The notes under the pieces are model-generated. The model was not told where the DNA came from and did not search any database. It was given only the letters and a program-made list of their open reading frames with translations. Positions 16,663 to 26,395 of a stretch of 39,182 nucleotides of DNA are shown piece after piece; the stretch's first letter is position 1, and every line of letters starts with the position of its first letter. Where the stretch lies: the sequence record SRR31156797_5111, one strand, 5' to 3'. Position numbers and translations under genes: made by a program.

Positions 16663-17433
16663 TTAAAGCTCAAGTCTTGAATCGATCACGGTAGCTTTCC
16701 CACGATAAATTTTCCGATACTCTTTTGGCGTATAAGTAGTTGCTTTTTTAAATTTCTTACTAAAATAATTTGGATCATTGAATCCTGCTCTGACAGAGAT
16801 TTCACTGATTGATCGATCACTTGTTGATAGTTCTTTTTTGGCAACTTCAATACGATAAATCATCAAGTACAATGAAAAGGTCATTCCTAATGTATTCTTG
16901 ATCAAACGACTGGTGTGATACCGGCTTAAATGCAGGTGATCTGCTAAAGTATCTAACGTAATATGTTCTCTATAATTTTCATGAATATAGCGCAATATCT
17001 TATGTCTTAAAGAAAGCGAAGGAGAAGCCTCATTATTTTTCTCGATGTGTAGCAAGGAAATCTGATTGATGGATTGAATTCCCCGATCCAATGCATAAAC
17101 AAAATCATTTGTGATCGGTTCGACCAAGTAATCAATCAAGCCGTAACGCAACGCTTTTTGAGCGATAGCAAAACTTTCTACAGCAGAATACAAAATTGCT
17201 TTTGCATTAGGGCAAAATGAAAGCAATACTTTATATAATTCAAAAGAGTCCTCTTCGCCATCCGCATTAATCACTGCAATTTCAACCGGCTGCTCAAGAC
17301 AGGTACGCTGAAGCGCTTTTTTTGAACAAACCGTCGGAAGCAAGATGACATTCGGAAAATGACGATCGATCAAACGAATCATATCGTTAACTGCTCCATG
17401 CTCTTTGCTATCAATGATCAATAAGTTACACAC
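16663..17433 (-). CDS. AraC-family regulator with a degenerate receiver domain
   Basis: REC-like N-terminus; C-terminal AraC HTH (GFNDPNYFSKKFKK...TPKEYR); SD AAGGAG and GTG start. Confidence 0.85.
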   Translation of the reverse strand: MCNLLIIDSKEHGAVNDMIRLIDRHFPNVILLPTVCSKKALQRTCLEQPVEIAVINADGEEDSFELYKVLLSFCPNAKAILYSAVESFAIAQKALRYGLIDYLVEPITNDFVYALDRGIQSINQISLLHIEKNNEASPSLSLRHKILRYIHENYREHITLDTLADHLHLSRYHTSRLIKNTLGMTFSLYLMIYRIEVAKKELSTSDRSISEISVRAGFNDPNYFSKKFKKATTYTPKEYRKIYRGKATVIDSRLEL

Positions 17434-17477
17434 GAAATCTTCTCCTTCGTTTAAAATTCACCCGTTGGTTTTTCTAT

Positions 17478-18491
17478 TTATTTCTCTTGAAAATCAATGA
17501 CCATTCGCCCTTTGATTTTTCCTGAAAGCATTTCATCAAAAATATCATTGATCTCTTCTAACTGACGCATGACAACTTTAGGAACGACTTTTCCTTCAGC
17601 TGCGAATTGGAAAGCTTCTGCTAAATCAGTCCGTGTTCCAACAAGGGAACCGACGATTTTAATACCGTCCAATACAAGTCGAGGAATGTTCAAGTCCATG
17701 CTTTCTGGTGGAAGACCAACCGCTACAATCGTACCGCCCGCACGAACGGCATCGACAGCAGAATTGAAGGCTGCTTTTGAAACAGCTGTTACTACAGCTG
17801 CATGTGCGCCGCCGGTTGCTTCTTGAATAATTTTTGCCGCATCTTCTTTCGCAGGATTGATCACAAGGTCAGCGCCATGATCTCTTGCAAAGTCCAATTG
17901 TTTCTCGTTGATATCAATCCCAATCACTTTTGCATTAAAGACATTTTTTGCATATTGCAAGGCTAGGTTTCCTAATCCTCCTAAACCATAAATCGCGATC
18001 CATTGACCTGGTTTAATGTCAGAAACTTTTACCGCTTTATATGTGGTTACACCTGCACAAGTAATGCTGCTGGCTTCAGCAGAACCTAAGCCCTCTGGTA
18101 CCTTCACTGCATAGTCAGCTACAACGATACACTCTTCAGCCATACCGCCATCTACAGAATATCCGGCGTTTCTAACGGAACGGCATAATGATTCATTCCC
18201 GTTCACACAGTATTCGCATGATCCACAGCTTTCATATAACCAAGCGACACTTGCACGGTCACCGATTGCTAGAGAAGTAACATCATCACCGATCGCGACC
18301 ACTCTACCGATTCCCTCGTGTCCAAGTACGATTCCAGATGCATCTCCGAAGTCACCATCTTTTACATGCAAGTCCGTATGGCAGACACCACAACACTCCA
18401 TTTTCAATAATGCTTCATTCGGACGAAGCGCTCTCAATTCTTTTTCCTCAATTTTTACAACCTTATCGTTTGATACTACAGCTGCTTTCAT
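17478..18491 (-). CDS. adhP: Zn-dependent alcohol dehydrogenase AdhP
   Basis: [13 protein letters not shown], CxxCxxC...C zinc site, GLGGLG. Confidence 0.95.
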   Translation of the reverse strand: MKAAVVSNDKVVKIEEKELRALRPNEALLKMECCGVCHTDLHVKDGDFGDASGIVLGHEGIGRVVAIGDDVTSLAIGDRASVAWLYESCGSCEYCVNGNESLCRSVRNAGYSVDGGMAEECIVVADYAVKVPEGLGSAEASSITCAGVTTYKAVKVSDIKPGQWIAIYGLGGLGNLALQYAKNVFNAKVIGIDINEKQLDFARDHGADLVINPAKEDAAKIIQEATGGAHAAVVTAVSKAAFNSAVDAVRAGGTIVAVGLPPESMDLNIPRLVLDGIKIVGSLVGTRTDLAEAFQFAAEGKVVPKVVMRQLEEINDIFDEMLSGKIKGRMVIDFQEK

Positions 18492-18536
18492 AAAGACACC
18501 TCTTTCAATTCATTTAAATAAAGAACTTTCTTTTAT

Positions 18537-18554
18537 TTGTGAAGTAATTAACTA
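18537..18554. promoter_or_regulatory. Putative Rex operator upstream of adhP
   Basis: TTGTGAA-gtaa-TTAACTA versus consensus TTGTGAA-N4-TTCACAA. Confidence 0.6.
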
Positions 18555-18934
18555 ACACGAAGAGGTCAGCAATAGCTAGATAAAAGAAAGTTCCCTATCG
18601 AGAAGGTTACCATAGAAACCATCAAAAAAAGGGGAATATATTGCTTTTTTTCTGTAATCATTTATGAGAAAAAAATAATGAAATAATTCAAGTTTTTTTC
18701 TTAGATTTCAAATTCCATAAACTACAAGGACTAAAAAAACGAAAAAAAATCATCATATAAATAACAAAAGTTTTAATAAAACCTATCAAGAGGAAATTAC
18801 ATAAACATGTAATCTTGGTCTTCCCCATTATTCTCTAATCCTTTTTTTATCAATTCGGTGATTTACGATTTATTTTCTTTCAGGCACTGAGTTTCATATT
18901 GGTATTTAACGTGATGTCCCTCATCAGTGTTTTC

Positions 18935-19141
18935 CTAACAATTTTCACTCCCTTTTTCTCCTTCTCTGCACATAAAAGCAAATAATGCTGAAAGGTGATC
19001 GATCAAACAATCTTCAACCTGCAATCTGTCACTATCGGATAGCCGATAAATGACCACAAAAAGTTTCAGTCGATGGCATTGTGTTTCACTCAGACGACTG
19101 TTCCCATCAAAATACAAGTTTACCCAGTGGTATGCAGTAAT
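18935..19141 (-). CDS. Possible small protein (about 68 aa, ATT start; alternative TTG at 19117)
   Basis: Strong SD AGGAGGGG and TGaTAAAAT extended -10 upstream of an open frame. Confidence 0.35.
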   Translation of the reverse strand: MTAYHWVNLYFDGNSRLSETQCHRLKLFVVIYRLSDSDRLQVEDCLIDHLSALFAFMCREGEKGSENC

Positions 19142-19219
19142 GATCCCCTCCTATTCTTATAGTCGTTTCATGATTTTATCACAACGAATAGAAAGTTTTT
19201 GTCACCTCAGACAAAAGAA

Positions 19220-19245
19220 AAAAGCCCTTGAAATCAAGGGCTTTT
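19220..19245 (-). terminator. rplS terminator
   Basis: AAAAGCCCTTG-aaat-CAAGGGCTTTT. Confidence 0.8.
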
Positions 19246-19266
19246 GCTTCATCTGATAATAAATGA

Positions 19267-19614
19267 TTAACGACGAATTTCTTTGATACGAGCTGCTTTT
19301 CCGTGTAATGCACGTAAGTAGTACAATTTTGCACGACGTACTTTACCGTAACGAACAACTTCGATTTGTGCAACACGTGGTGTGTGCAATGGGAAGGTAC
19401 GTTCAACACCTACACCGTTTGATACTTTACGAACTGTATAAGTTTCGCTGATACCAGCACCGCGGCGTTTGATGACAACACCTTCAAATAACTGGATACG
19501 TTCGCGAGTTCCTTCGACAACTTTCGCGTGAACGCGAACAGTGTCCCCAGGACGGAAAGCTGGGATGTCAGTACGTAATTGTTCTTGAGTTAGTTCTTGA
19601 ATCAATGGATTCAT
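19267..19614 (-). CDS. rplS: 50S ribosomal protein L19
   Basis: MNPLIQ...[10 protein letters not shown]...[10 protein letters not shown]. Confidence 0.98.
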
Positions 19615-19634
19615 GTTTATCATTCTCCTTATTC

Positions 19635-19677
19635 CCAAACATTCTTAAAGCATGAAAGCTCCAGCGGAACATCGTAA
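19635..19677 (-). promoter_or_regulatory. L19 leader RNA
   Basis: TTACGATGTTCCGCTG...AAGAATGTTTGG in the rplS 5' UTR matches the Firmicute L19 leader pattern. Confidence 0.75.
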
Positions 19678-19780
19678 TAGTTGAGTTTACACTCACTGAA
19701 ACATCTTACCACAGTCGACCACAGGCTGTAAAGAGAATTTTCTTGTCATCGCGCAGAATATCAAAAAAACTGGCACTATT

Positions 19781-20527
19781 TTAGTTGCCAGCTTTCGCTT
19801 CTTCTTCAATTTCTTTTAAAAGCTTCTGCATTTCTTCCGTCAACGGATAATTTTCTAGCATATCAGGTCGGCGCTGAAAGGTGCGGCGCAATGATTCTTT
19901 TAATTGCCACTGCTCGATCAATTTATGATTGCCATTCATCAAAACTTCTGGTACTTTCATGCCTTTAAACTCTGCTGGGCGTGTATATTGCGGATGTTCT
20001 AATAAACCAGTGGAATGAGAATCGGTTTGTGCGGAGGTTTGATTGCCTAAAACTTCTGGTAATAGTCTGACCGTCGCATCGATCATGACCATTGCACCCA
20101 ATTCGCCGCCAGTCAAGACGTAATCTCCCAGTGACACTTCATCAGTGACCAATGAACGGATTCGTTCATCGTATCCTTCATAATGACCACAAATGAAGAC
20201 GAGGTGCTCTTCGGTAGAAAATTCTTCTGCCATCTTTTGATCAAAAGGTTTCCCCGCTGGGTCTAAAAGGATCACGCGTTTCTTCGTTTCTGGTGCTGCT
20301 TCTTCGATCGCTTTGATATTGTCATAGACAGGTTGGACTTTTAATAACATTCCTGCTCCGCCACCATAAGGATAGTCATCCACTGTTTGATGTTTGTTGT
20401 CGGAATAGTCACGGAAATTTGAGACGTTGATTTCTAACAGTCCCTTTTCCCTTGCTTTGCCAATGATCGATTCTCCTAGAGGACCTTCGAACATTCGCGG
20501 AAATAGTGTCAATACATCAATTCTCAT
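19781..20527 (-). CDS. trmD: tRNA (guanine37-N1)-methyltransferase
   Basis: [32 protein letters not shown]. Confidence 0.98.
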   Translation of the reverse strand: MRIDVLTLFPRMFEGPLGESIIGKAREKGLLEINVSNFRDYSDNKHQTVDDYPYGGGAGMLLKVQPVYDNIKAIEEAAPETKKRVILLDPAGKPFDQKMAEEFSTEEHLVFICGHYEGYDERIRSLVTDEVSLGDYVLTGGELGAMVMIDATVRLLPEVLGNQTSAQTDSHSTGLLEHPQYTRPAEFKGMKVPEVLMNGNHKLIEQWQLKESLRRTFQRRPDMLENYPLTEEMQKLLKEIEEEAKAGN

Positions 20528-21041
20528 CGTCTAACAACCCCTCTGGGATTTCCACAGTGACCTGACCATTTTCAAGATCGATCGTGTGGACAACCGACTC
20601 GATATAAGGAATCAAGGCATCCTTCTTCCCTTTTCGTTGAACGACCCAAACGTCATTGGCACCTGGTGAAAGGATCTCTTTGACTTTACCAATGATTGTG
20701 CCATCTTCTTCGACGACTTCCAGACCAATAATTTCATGGTAGTAAAACTCATTTTCTGCTAAATCCACCAAATCATCCTTGGTAACTTTTAAAATGCCGT
20801 TACGAAACGGTTCAACATCGTTAATATTGGGATAGCCCTCAAACGTCACTAAATCAAAGTTTTTGTGTTTGCGATGACCTGAAACAATCAATGTTATTGG
20901 CTCTTTATTTTCACGAAAAAGTGTCAATTCGGCCCCTTTACGGTAGCGTTCTTCTGGAAAATCCGTTTGTGATATCACACGTACTTCTCCACGGATTCCA
21001 TGTGTATTGACGATTTTTCCTACGTTTAAATATTCTGTCAC
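20517..21041 (-). CDS. rimM: 16S rRNA processing protein RimM
   Basis: [21 protein letters not shown]; overlaps trmD. Confidence 0.97.
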   Translation of the reverse strand: MTEYLNVGKIVNTHGIRGEVRVISQTDFPEERYRKGAELTLFRENKEPITLIVSGHRKHKNFDLVTFEGYPNINDVEPFRNGILKVTKDDLVDLAENEFYYHEIIGLEVVEEDGTIIGKVKEILSPGANDVWVVQRKGKKDALIPYIESVVHTIDLENGQVTVEIPEGLLDDEN

Positions 21042-21196
21042 GTTCGTTCCCCATTTCTTCTAACTTCTGTTCTATTTTAGCATAGCAAAGTAGCGAATTC
21101 TAGCCGTTTCCTAGCGCCCCATGTTTTCCTCAAAATCATCGCGCGAAAAATGCCCCTTCGACGCTTGATCAAAGGGGCATTGTCCTAATATGAACC

Positions 21197-22021
21197 TTAT
21201 TGATTCATAGAAACGGCCATTTTCAATGCTGAACGTGCATCTTGATGTTGCACCGTTCGAAGGGTCTTTTCTTGTTGCCAAACCACTGTAGTTGCTGTAT
21301 GGTCATTTTTTCCCATATCGATAGTGATTTGACCGACCTCAGGCGCTGGGAGCATAGCTTCTTCCAGATACGCTACCACTTCTTTGGCAACCGGAACTGG
21401 ATCTTGTTCCTCTTGATTGACTGCTCGAACAGTCAATGACCAATTTCCTTCTTGCCAGCTCAAATAACTGGAGCCAGCAGCTCCTTGCATATGCCCAGTA
21501 ATGCCATATCCGAGATCAACGGCTTGTCCGCCATCATCAGCTGTTACATTGACCGCTGCAGCAGCTTCATCCGCTGATTGATAGTCTTTTGATTGAAAAG
21601 CAGCAATCGGTGTTTCCACGTTCAAAGCCTTGTCATTGAGAGGCAGCTGCTTATCAAGTCCATAATAAAGAATCGAAGCATCGGACTGACTGCCAGCTGT
21701 GGCCGCATTCAACACTTTACCTGAAGCAAGTGGAATGTCCTTGGGCAAGACAAGATCAGGGAATGCCGCTTGTATTTGAGCGTAGATATCTGCAGTACTA
21801 TTCGTGTTTGAAGAATCCCTAGAAGCCGCCTGACTAGAAGACGTACTTGATTGACTTGTTTCTGATTGACTACTTGCTTGCGTTTGGGTACTTTCCACCA
21901 TACTCGTCGCTGTTGTTTCGGCACTACTGGCTTGACTGGTTTCTGGTTCCTGTTGATTATTGCAGCCAGCTAAGGCGCCCATCGTCAGCAGCGTAACGAA
22001 TAATCCTAGTTCTTTTTTCAT
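21197..22021 (-). CDS. Lipoprotein with Ser/Thr/Gln-rich linker, unknown function
   Basis: MKKELGLF...LAGC lipobox; SD AAGGAGGGG before the ATG at 22021. Confidence 0.85.
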   Translation of the reverse strand: MKKELGLFVTLLTMGALAGCNNQQEPETSQASSAETTATSMVESTQTQASSQSETSQSSTSSSQAASRDSSNTNSTADIYAQIQAAFPDLVLPKDIPLASGKVLNAATAGSQSDASILYYGLDKQLPLNDKALNVETPIAAFQSKDYQSADEAAAAVNVTADDGGQAVDLGYGITGHMQGAAGSSYLSWQEGNWSLTVRAVNQEEQDPVPVAKEVVAYLEEAMLPAPEVGQITIDMGKNDHTATTVVWQQEKTLRTVQHQDARSALKMAVSMNQ

Positions 22022-22107
22022 GATGTTCCCCTCCTTATACAAAGAATACCCCTCAATAAAAAAAATGACAAACAAGTCAGATTGTCTGTCATTTTTTTGT
22101 TGATTTT

Positions 22108-22365
22108 TTAAAGATTTGTCACCCAATTTTGCAGTGATTGAAAGCCATCCTTGATCCATTGCCAAACTTGATTGGCGATCGTCGATAGGTCGCCCCAACG
22201 AAAGTTTTGTGTCCATTGGTTCAATTGCGTCATGATCTCCTCACGATAGACCCAAATTAAAAAGAGCAACAACAAGATCCCTAGCGTTCGCCAAAGAAAA
22301 GAACCAATTTTATAAATAAAGACGAGGATCAAAAGAACGACGATCCATGCGATTAGTTGAGACAT
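22108..22365 (-). CDS. Small membrane protein (two TM segments)
   Basis: Hydrophobic 85-aa ORF with strong SD AGGAGGAGG. Confidence 0.8.
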   Translation of the reverse strand: MSQLIAWIVVLLILVFIYKIGSFLWRTLGILLLLFLIWVYREEIMTQLNQWTQNFRWGDLSTIANQVWQWIKDGFQSLQNWVTNL

Positions 22366-22477
22366 ACAAGCACCTCCTCCTTTTGATTATCTCAAAACCA
22401 CCTTTTTTTGTCCTCCATCTTAAGCATGAATTTTACAAAAAAAGCATTCCTCAAAGAGAAATGCTTTTCATTCTTGC

Positions 22478-22723
22478 TTATTTACCATCAATGATATTCA
22501 AACGAACTTTTTTTGGTCCATTTGTCCGTACACTGTAAACGATTGTTCGAATTGCTTTGGCAACCCGACCTTGTTTACCGATGATACGACCAATATCCTC
22601 TGGTGCCACAGTAAGATTATATTCCAAGAAATCATCTGACTCTACCAGCTCAAGCTTGATATCCTCAGGTTTGGTAACAAGTGGTGAAACGATCGTTAAG
22701 ACTAATTCTTGCAAATCTTTCAT
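22478..22723 (-). CDS. khpA: KH-domain RNA-binding protein KhpA (YlqC)
   Basis: DIGRIIGKQGRVAKAIRT; follows rpsP. Confidence 0.93.
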   Translation of the reverse strand: MKDLQELVLTIVSPLVTKPEDIKLELVESDDFLEYNLTVAPEDIGRIIGKQGRVAKAIRTIVYSVRTNGPKKVRLNIIDGK

Positions 22724-22734
22724 CCAAAGTCACC

Positions 22735-23010
22735 TTATTTCTTAGTGAATTTTGCTTCGTGGTGTTTTTTCATAACGCCTTCTTTAGAAAGGATGTTACG
22801 AACTGTATCTGAAGGTTGCGCACCTTTAGATAACCAATCAAGAACTAAATCTTCTTTGATTGTCACTTCAGCTGGGTCTAGTAAAGGATTGTAAGTACCA
22901 ACTGTTTCGATGAAACGTCCGTCACGAGGAGAACGTGAATCTGCTACGACGATACGGTAAAAAGGTTTCTTTTTAGAACCCATGCGTTTTAAACGAATTT
23001 TTACTGCCAT
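22735..23010 (-). CDS. rpsP: 30S ribosomal protein S16
   Basis: [11 protein letters not shown]...[12 protein letters not shown]. Confidence 0.98.
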   Translation of the reverse strand: MAVKIRLKRMGSKKKPFYRIVVADSRSPRDGRFIETVGTYNPLLDPAEVTIKEDLVLDWLSKGAQPSDTVRNILSKEGVMKKHHEAKFTKK

Positions 23011-23202
23011 TATTTACACCTCCATTGATTTAATCACAAGAGCTAGTTTAACAGGTTTTTCCGATGGTGTAAAGAGTTTTTTCTTTACAGCTAAAAAAAG
23101 TTTCTTCTTTCTTATTTTCTAAGCATGGTTATCTTTTGCCAGAATGAATCAGGACGCGTATCATTAGTAATAGAGAAACTTTTTAAAGTCAAATCGTTTT
23201 AT

Positions 23203-23231
23203 TTGCACCATCCACTTACTTTTGGTAAGCT
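23203..23231 (+). promoter_or_regulatory. Promoter with an HxlR/DUF24-like operator
   Basis: TTGCAC-17-TAAGCT overlapped by the palindrome CTTAC-ttttg-GTAAG. Confidence 0.5.
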
Positions 23232-23264
23232 TAATGAGTAGAAAACAACAAGGAGGAAATTTAC

Positions 23265-23816
23265 ATGACAAAAAAAATTGGTTTTATCGTCGGCAGTTTA
23301 CGGGAAGGATCATTTAATAAACTCGTAGCGAAAAAATTCGCATCATTATTACCAGAAGGTTTTGAAGCATCTTTCATCGAAATCGGCAACTTGCCTTTTT
23401 ACAATGAAGATTTGGAAGTTGAAGGAAAAGTTCCTGCTGAATGGACAGCATTTCGGGAAGTATTAAGCGCCGTTGACGGGGTCTTCTTCTTTACACCAGA
23501 ATACAATCGTTCTGTTCCTGCAGCATTGAAAAATGCATTAGATGTTGGTTCTCGTCCTTACGGTGCTAGCAGTTGGGGTGGCAAACCAGCTTTGGTTGTC
23601 AGCGTTTCTCCAGGAGCGATCGCTGGGTTTGGTGCAAACCATCACCTACGTCAATCATTAGTCTTTTTGGATATGCCTACTCTACAACAACCAGAAGCCT
23701 ATATCGGTGGAATCACCAACTTGATTGATGAAAACAACGAAATCAACCCAGATACAGTAAGCTTCTTTGAAACGATCATTGCAAAATATATTGAACTCTT
23801 TCAACGATTCAACTAA
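23265..23816 (+). CDS. NADPH-dependent FMN reductase (ChrR/YieF-like)
   Basis: GSLREGSFN, TPEYNRSVPAALKNALD. Confidence 0.92.
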   Translation: MTKKIGFIVGSLREGSFNKLVAKKFASLLPEGFEASFIEIGNLPFYNEDLEVEGKVPAEWTAFREVLSAVDGVFFFTPEYNRSVPAALKNALDVGSRPYGASSWGGKPALVVSVSPGAIAGFGANHHLRQSLVFLDMPTLQQPEAYIGGITNLIDENNEINPDTVSFFETIIAKYIELFQRFN

Positions 23817-23830
23817 TTAAGAATCCAAAC

Positions 23831-23872
23831 AAAAAGACCAAGAAACTCGGCACTGAGTTTCTTGGTCTTTTT
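23831..23872. terminator. Bidirectional terminator
   Basis: AAAAAGACCAAGAAACTC...GAGTTTCTTGGTCTTTTT. Confidence 0.8.
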
Positions 23873-23899
23873 ACTGTGAAGAATAATCGTTTGCGCTTT

Positions 23900-24433
23900 T
23901 TACTCGCTGCCTGACACAGACTTTCGGACAAAATGAAGTTCTGTCAGTTCCCCCATCTGTTTTGTTTCAACAAACGTCAAGCGTCTCGCATAATCCCCCG
24001 GTTCAAACAGTCGCTTGCCCTCTCCTAAAAACACCGGCGCGATTTGAATAAACCATTCATCGATCAAATCAGCTTCCAGCAATGGTTTTAATAAGGAACC
24101 CCCACCTACTACCCATACGTTTTCCTCTTGTTTTAATGCTGAAACAAATGCAACTGGATCCGTTGACACTAGGGTTGCATCCGGCAGCGGCTCTTTTCGG
24201 GTACGAGAAAAAACATAGTTGGTCTTTTCAGGATATAGCAGTCCATCATCCATCAGTTTTTTTGCTTCTTGATAGGTCTTTCTTCCCATCACGGTCGCGT
24301 CGATGGTTGCAAAAAATGCTTCATAGGTCGTTGCAACACCGGTATCAGTTTGAAACAGCCAGTCCAGTTGATCCTCCATACCTGCTAAATAGCCATCGAG
24401 GCTGATTGCACCATAAAATACCACTTTTCCCAA
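23900..24433 (-). CDS. Dihydrofolate reductase/RibD C-terminal family protein
   Basis: AISLDGYLA, MGRKTY, VVGGG, IAPVFLGEGKRLF. Confidence 0.9.
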   Translation of the reverse strand: MGKVVFYGAISLDGYLAGMEDQLDWLFQTDTGVATTYEAFFATIDATVMGRKTYQEAKKLMDDGLLYPEKTNYVFSRTRKEPLPDATLVSTDPVAFVSALKQEENVWVVGGGSLLKPLLEADLIDEWFIQIAPVFLGEGKRLFEPGDYARRLTFVETKQMGELTELHFVRKSVSGSE

Positions 24434-24439
24434 TTAGGC

Positions 24440-25027
24440 TCACTCCTTTATTTTTACGATTGCTTCTGACCTTCGACAAACACAAGTGACTAAGTGATCA
24501 TTAACCATGCCGACCGCTTCCATAAACGCGTAAATAGTTGTCGTTCCGACAAATTTAAAGCCTCGCTTTTTCAAGTCTTTTGCTAGCTGATCGGAGATTT
24601 CCGAATGGGTCGGTACATCGGATTGCTGCTGAAATTCATTGATGACTGGCTCATGATTGACATATCGCCACAAGAATGCGGAGAAACTGCCGTATTCTTG
24701 CTGGATTTTTAAAACTTCTTGGGCATTGATGATCGCTGCTTCAATCTTTCGTCGATTGCGAATGATTCCTGGATTCATCATCAGTTCTTCCACTTTTTCT
24801 TCCGTATAGTTCGCTACTTTTATGATATTAAACTGATCGTATGCTGCATCGAAATTCGCCATCTTGTTTAAAATCGTTTGCCAGCTCAATCCTGCTTGAT
24901 TCATATCTAACACCAGTTTTCGAAACAACTGCTGATCCTCATACTCAGGTTTTCCCCATACCGTATCATGATACTCCTGCATTGCTGGTGTACTGTTGGC
25001 CCATTCACATCGCTCCATTGTCCTCAT
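24440..25027 (-). CDS. tag: DNA-3-methyladenine glycosylase I
   Basis: RCEWA...YHD..WG, QAGLSW, IIRNRRKI, GFKFVG, NDH..C; the start may be 25018. Confidence 0.93.
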   Translation of the reverse strand: MRTMERCEWANSTPAMQEYHDTVWGKPEYEDQQLFRKLVLDMNQAGLSWQTILNKMANFDAAYDQFNIIKVANYTEEKVEELMMNPGIIRNRRKIEAAIINAQEVLKIQQEYGSFSAFLWRYVNHEPVINEFQQQSDVPTHSEISDQLAKDLKKRGFKFVGTTTIYAFMEAVGMVNDHLVTCVCRRSEAIVKIKE

Positions 25028-25060
25028 CAGCTCCTTTTTGTTTATTTTATCATAAATGAC

Positions 25061-25097
25061 TTTACTTCCACCAGTGTACTACGTATACTAGTACACA
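25061..25097 (+). promoter_or_regulatory. Promoter and YtrA-type operator
   Basis: AGTGTA-N13-TACACA (25073-25097) overlapping -10 TATACT. Confidence 0.75.
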
Positions 25098-25118
25098 TAA
25101 ATGAAAGGAGCTGATTTT

Positions 25119-25505
25119 GTGGTTCGCATTAACAAAGCCAGCAGCAAACCTTACTATGAGCAATTGGTTTTAAGTATCAAAGAAGATATTCTGAACGGTG
25201 TTCTAACCGCCGGAGACCAAGTACCTTCGGTTCGTGAAATGGCCAAGCGCCTGTTGATGAATCCAAATACCGTCAGCAAAGCCTACAAAGTATTGGAAAA
25301 TGAGCAAGTACTTGTCACCATCAAAGGAAAAGGCACCTTTGTGAAAGTTACTGAGGATCTGCCACGCGATGAGATTCGGATCTTACAAGTGAAAGAACGT
25401 TTGAAAGAATTGGTGATCGAAGCACGCCATTTACAGATCAGCATGCGTGAGCTGAGCGATTGGATGAATGGCTTTGAACAAGAGTTAGGAGGCGATCCAC
25501 AGTGA
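25119..25505 (+). CDS. GntR-family (YtrA subfamily) repressor
   Basis: PYYEQL, VPSVREMA, NPNTVSKAY; GTG start after SD AAAGGAG. Confidence 0.92.
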   Translation: MVRINKASSKPYYEQLVLSIKEDILNGVLTAGDQVPSVREMAKRLLMNPNTVSKAYKVLENEQVLVTIKGKGTFVKVTEDLPRDEIRILQVKERLKELVIEARHLQISMRELSDWMNGFEQELGGDPQ

Positions 25506-26383
25506 AGATCGAGCATGTGACCAAGAAAATGGAACAAACAATTGTCTTAGAAAACGTGAACTTCTCTTTGGAAAAAGGAGAACTCGTAGGATTAATCGGC
25601 CGCAATGGTTCTGGGAAAACCACGTTGTTTCGGACGATTGCTGGGCATTATTTACTAGATGATGGGGAGATTTCCATCGATAACCAACGCCTGGATCAGC
25701 ACCCGCAATTAAAAGAACAACTTTTTTATATTGATGAAAAAGAAAACTTTCTTTCGGCCTACTCTTTGAAAAAGCTCAATCAATTTTATCGGCTTGCTTA
25801 TCCAAATTTCGATCAAAATCTTTACTTAGAATTGATGCAAAGTCACGGTCTTCCTCTGACGCTTTCCTACCGACGGATGTCAAAAGGTATGCAAGGTCTT
25901 TATAAAATGATTCTTGCGATTGCCTCAAATGCGACGTTCTTACTGTTAGACGAACCTTTTGATGGGCTTGATGTGATCGTCCGTAAAAAAGTGATTGGAT
26001 TATTGCTGGAAAGCCTCAGCGAGTCGAATCGTACCGCCTTAATCGCTTCTCATAATCTAAATGAATTAGAACATATTATTGATCGTGCCTTGTTGATCAA
26101 AGGGAAAACGATTGAAGGAGACTACCGTTTGGAAACGATTCGCGAACAATCTCGCAAACTCCAACTCGTCTTTCGCAGCAAACAGATTCCTCCCCTTATC
26201 AAGCAGCACTCCAAGCTGATTCAAAAACAAGGTCGAGTCTTGACTGCTTTGTTTGACAATTACACAGAGGAGCTGGCGGCTGAGATCCAGCAACTTGATC
26301 CTTTGGTTTTCGAAGAATTACCTTTGACTTTGGAAGATCTGTTTGAAGCAAATTTACGACAAGAAGCATTGGTGGAAGGATAG
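25502..26383 (+). CDS. ABC transporter ATP-binding protein (YtrB-like)
   Basis: Walker A GRNGSGKTT, signature MSKGM, LLLDEP, H-loop SH. Confidence 0.92.
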   Translation: MKIEHVTKKMEQTIVLENVNFSLEKGELVGLIGRNGSGKTTLFRTIAGHYLLDDGEISIDNQRLDQHPQLKEQLFYIDEKENFLSAYSLKKLNQFYRLAYPNFDQNLYLELMQSHGLPLTLSYRRMSKGMQGLYKMILAIASNATFLLLDEPFDGLDVIVRKKVIGLLLESLSESNRTALIASHNLNELEHIIDRALLIKGKTIEGDYRLETIREQSRKLQLVFRSKQIPPLIKQHSKLIQKQGRVLTALFDNYTEELAAEIQQLDPLVFEELPLTLEDLFEANLRQEALVEG

Positions 26384-26395
26384 AGGTGGAAAACG

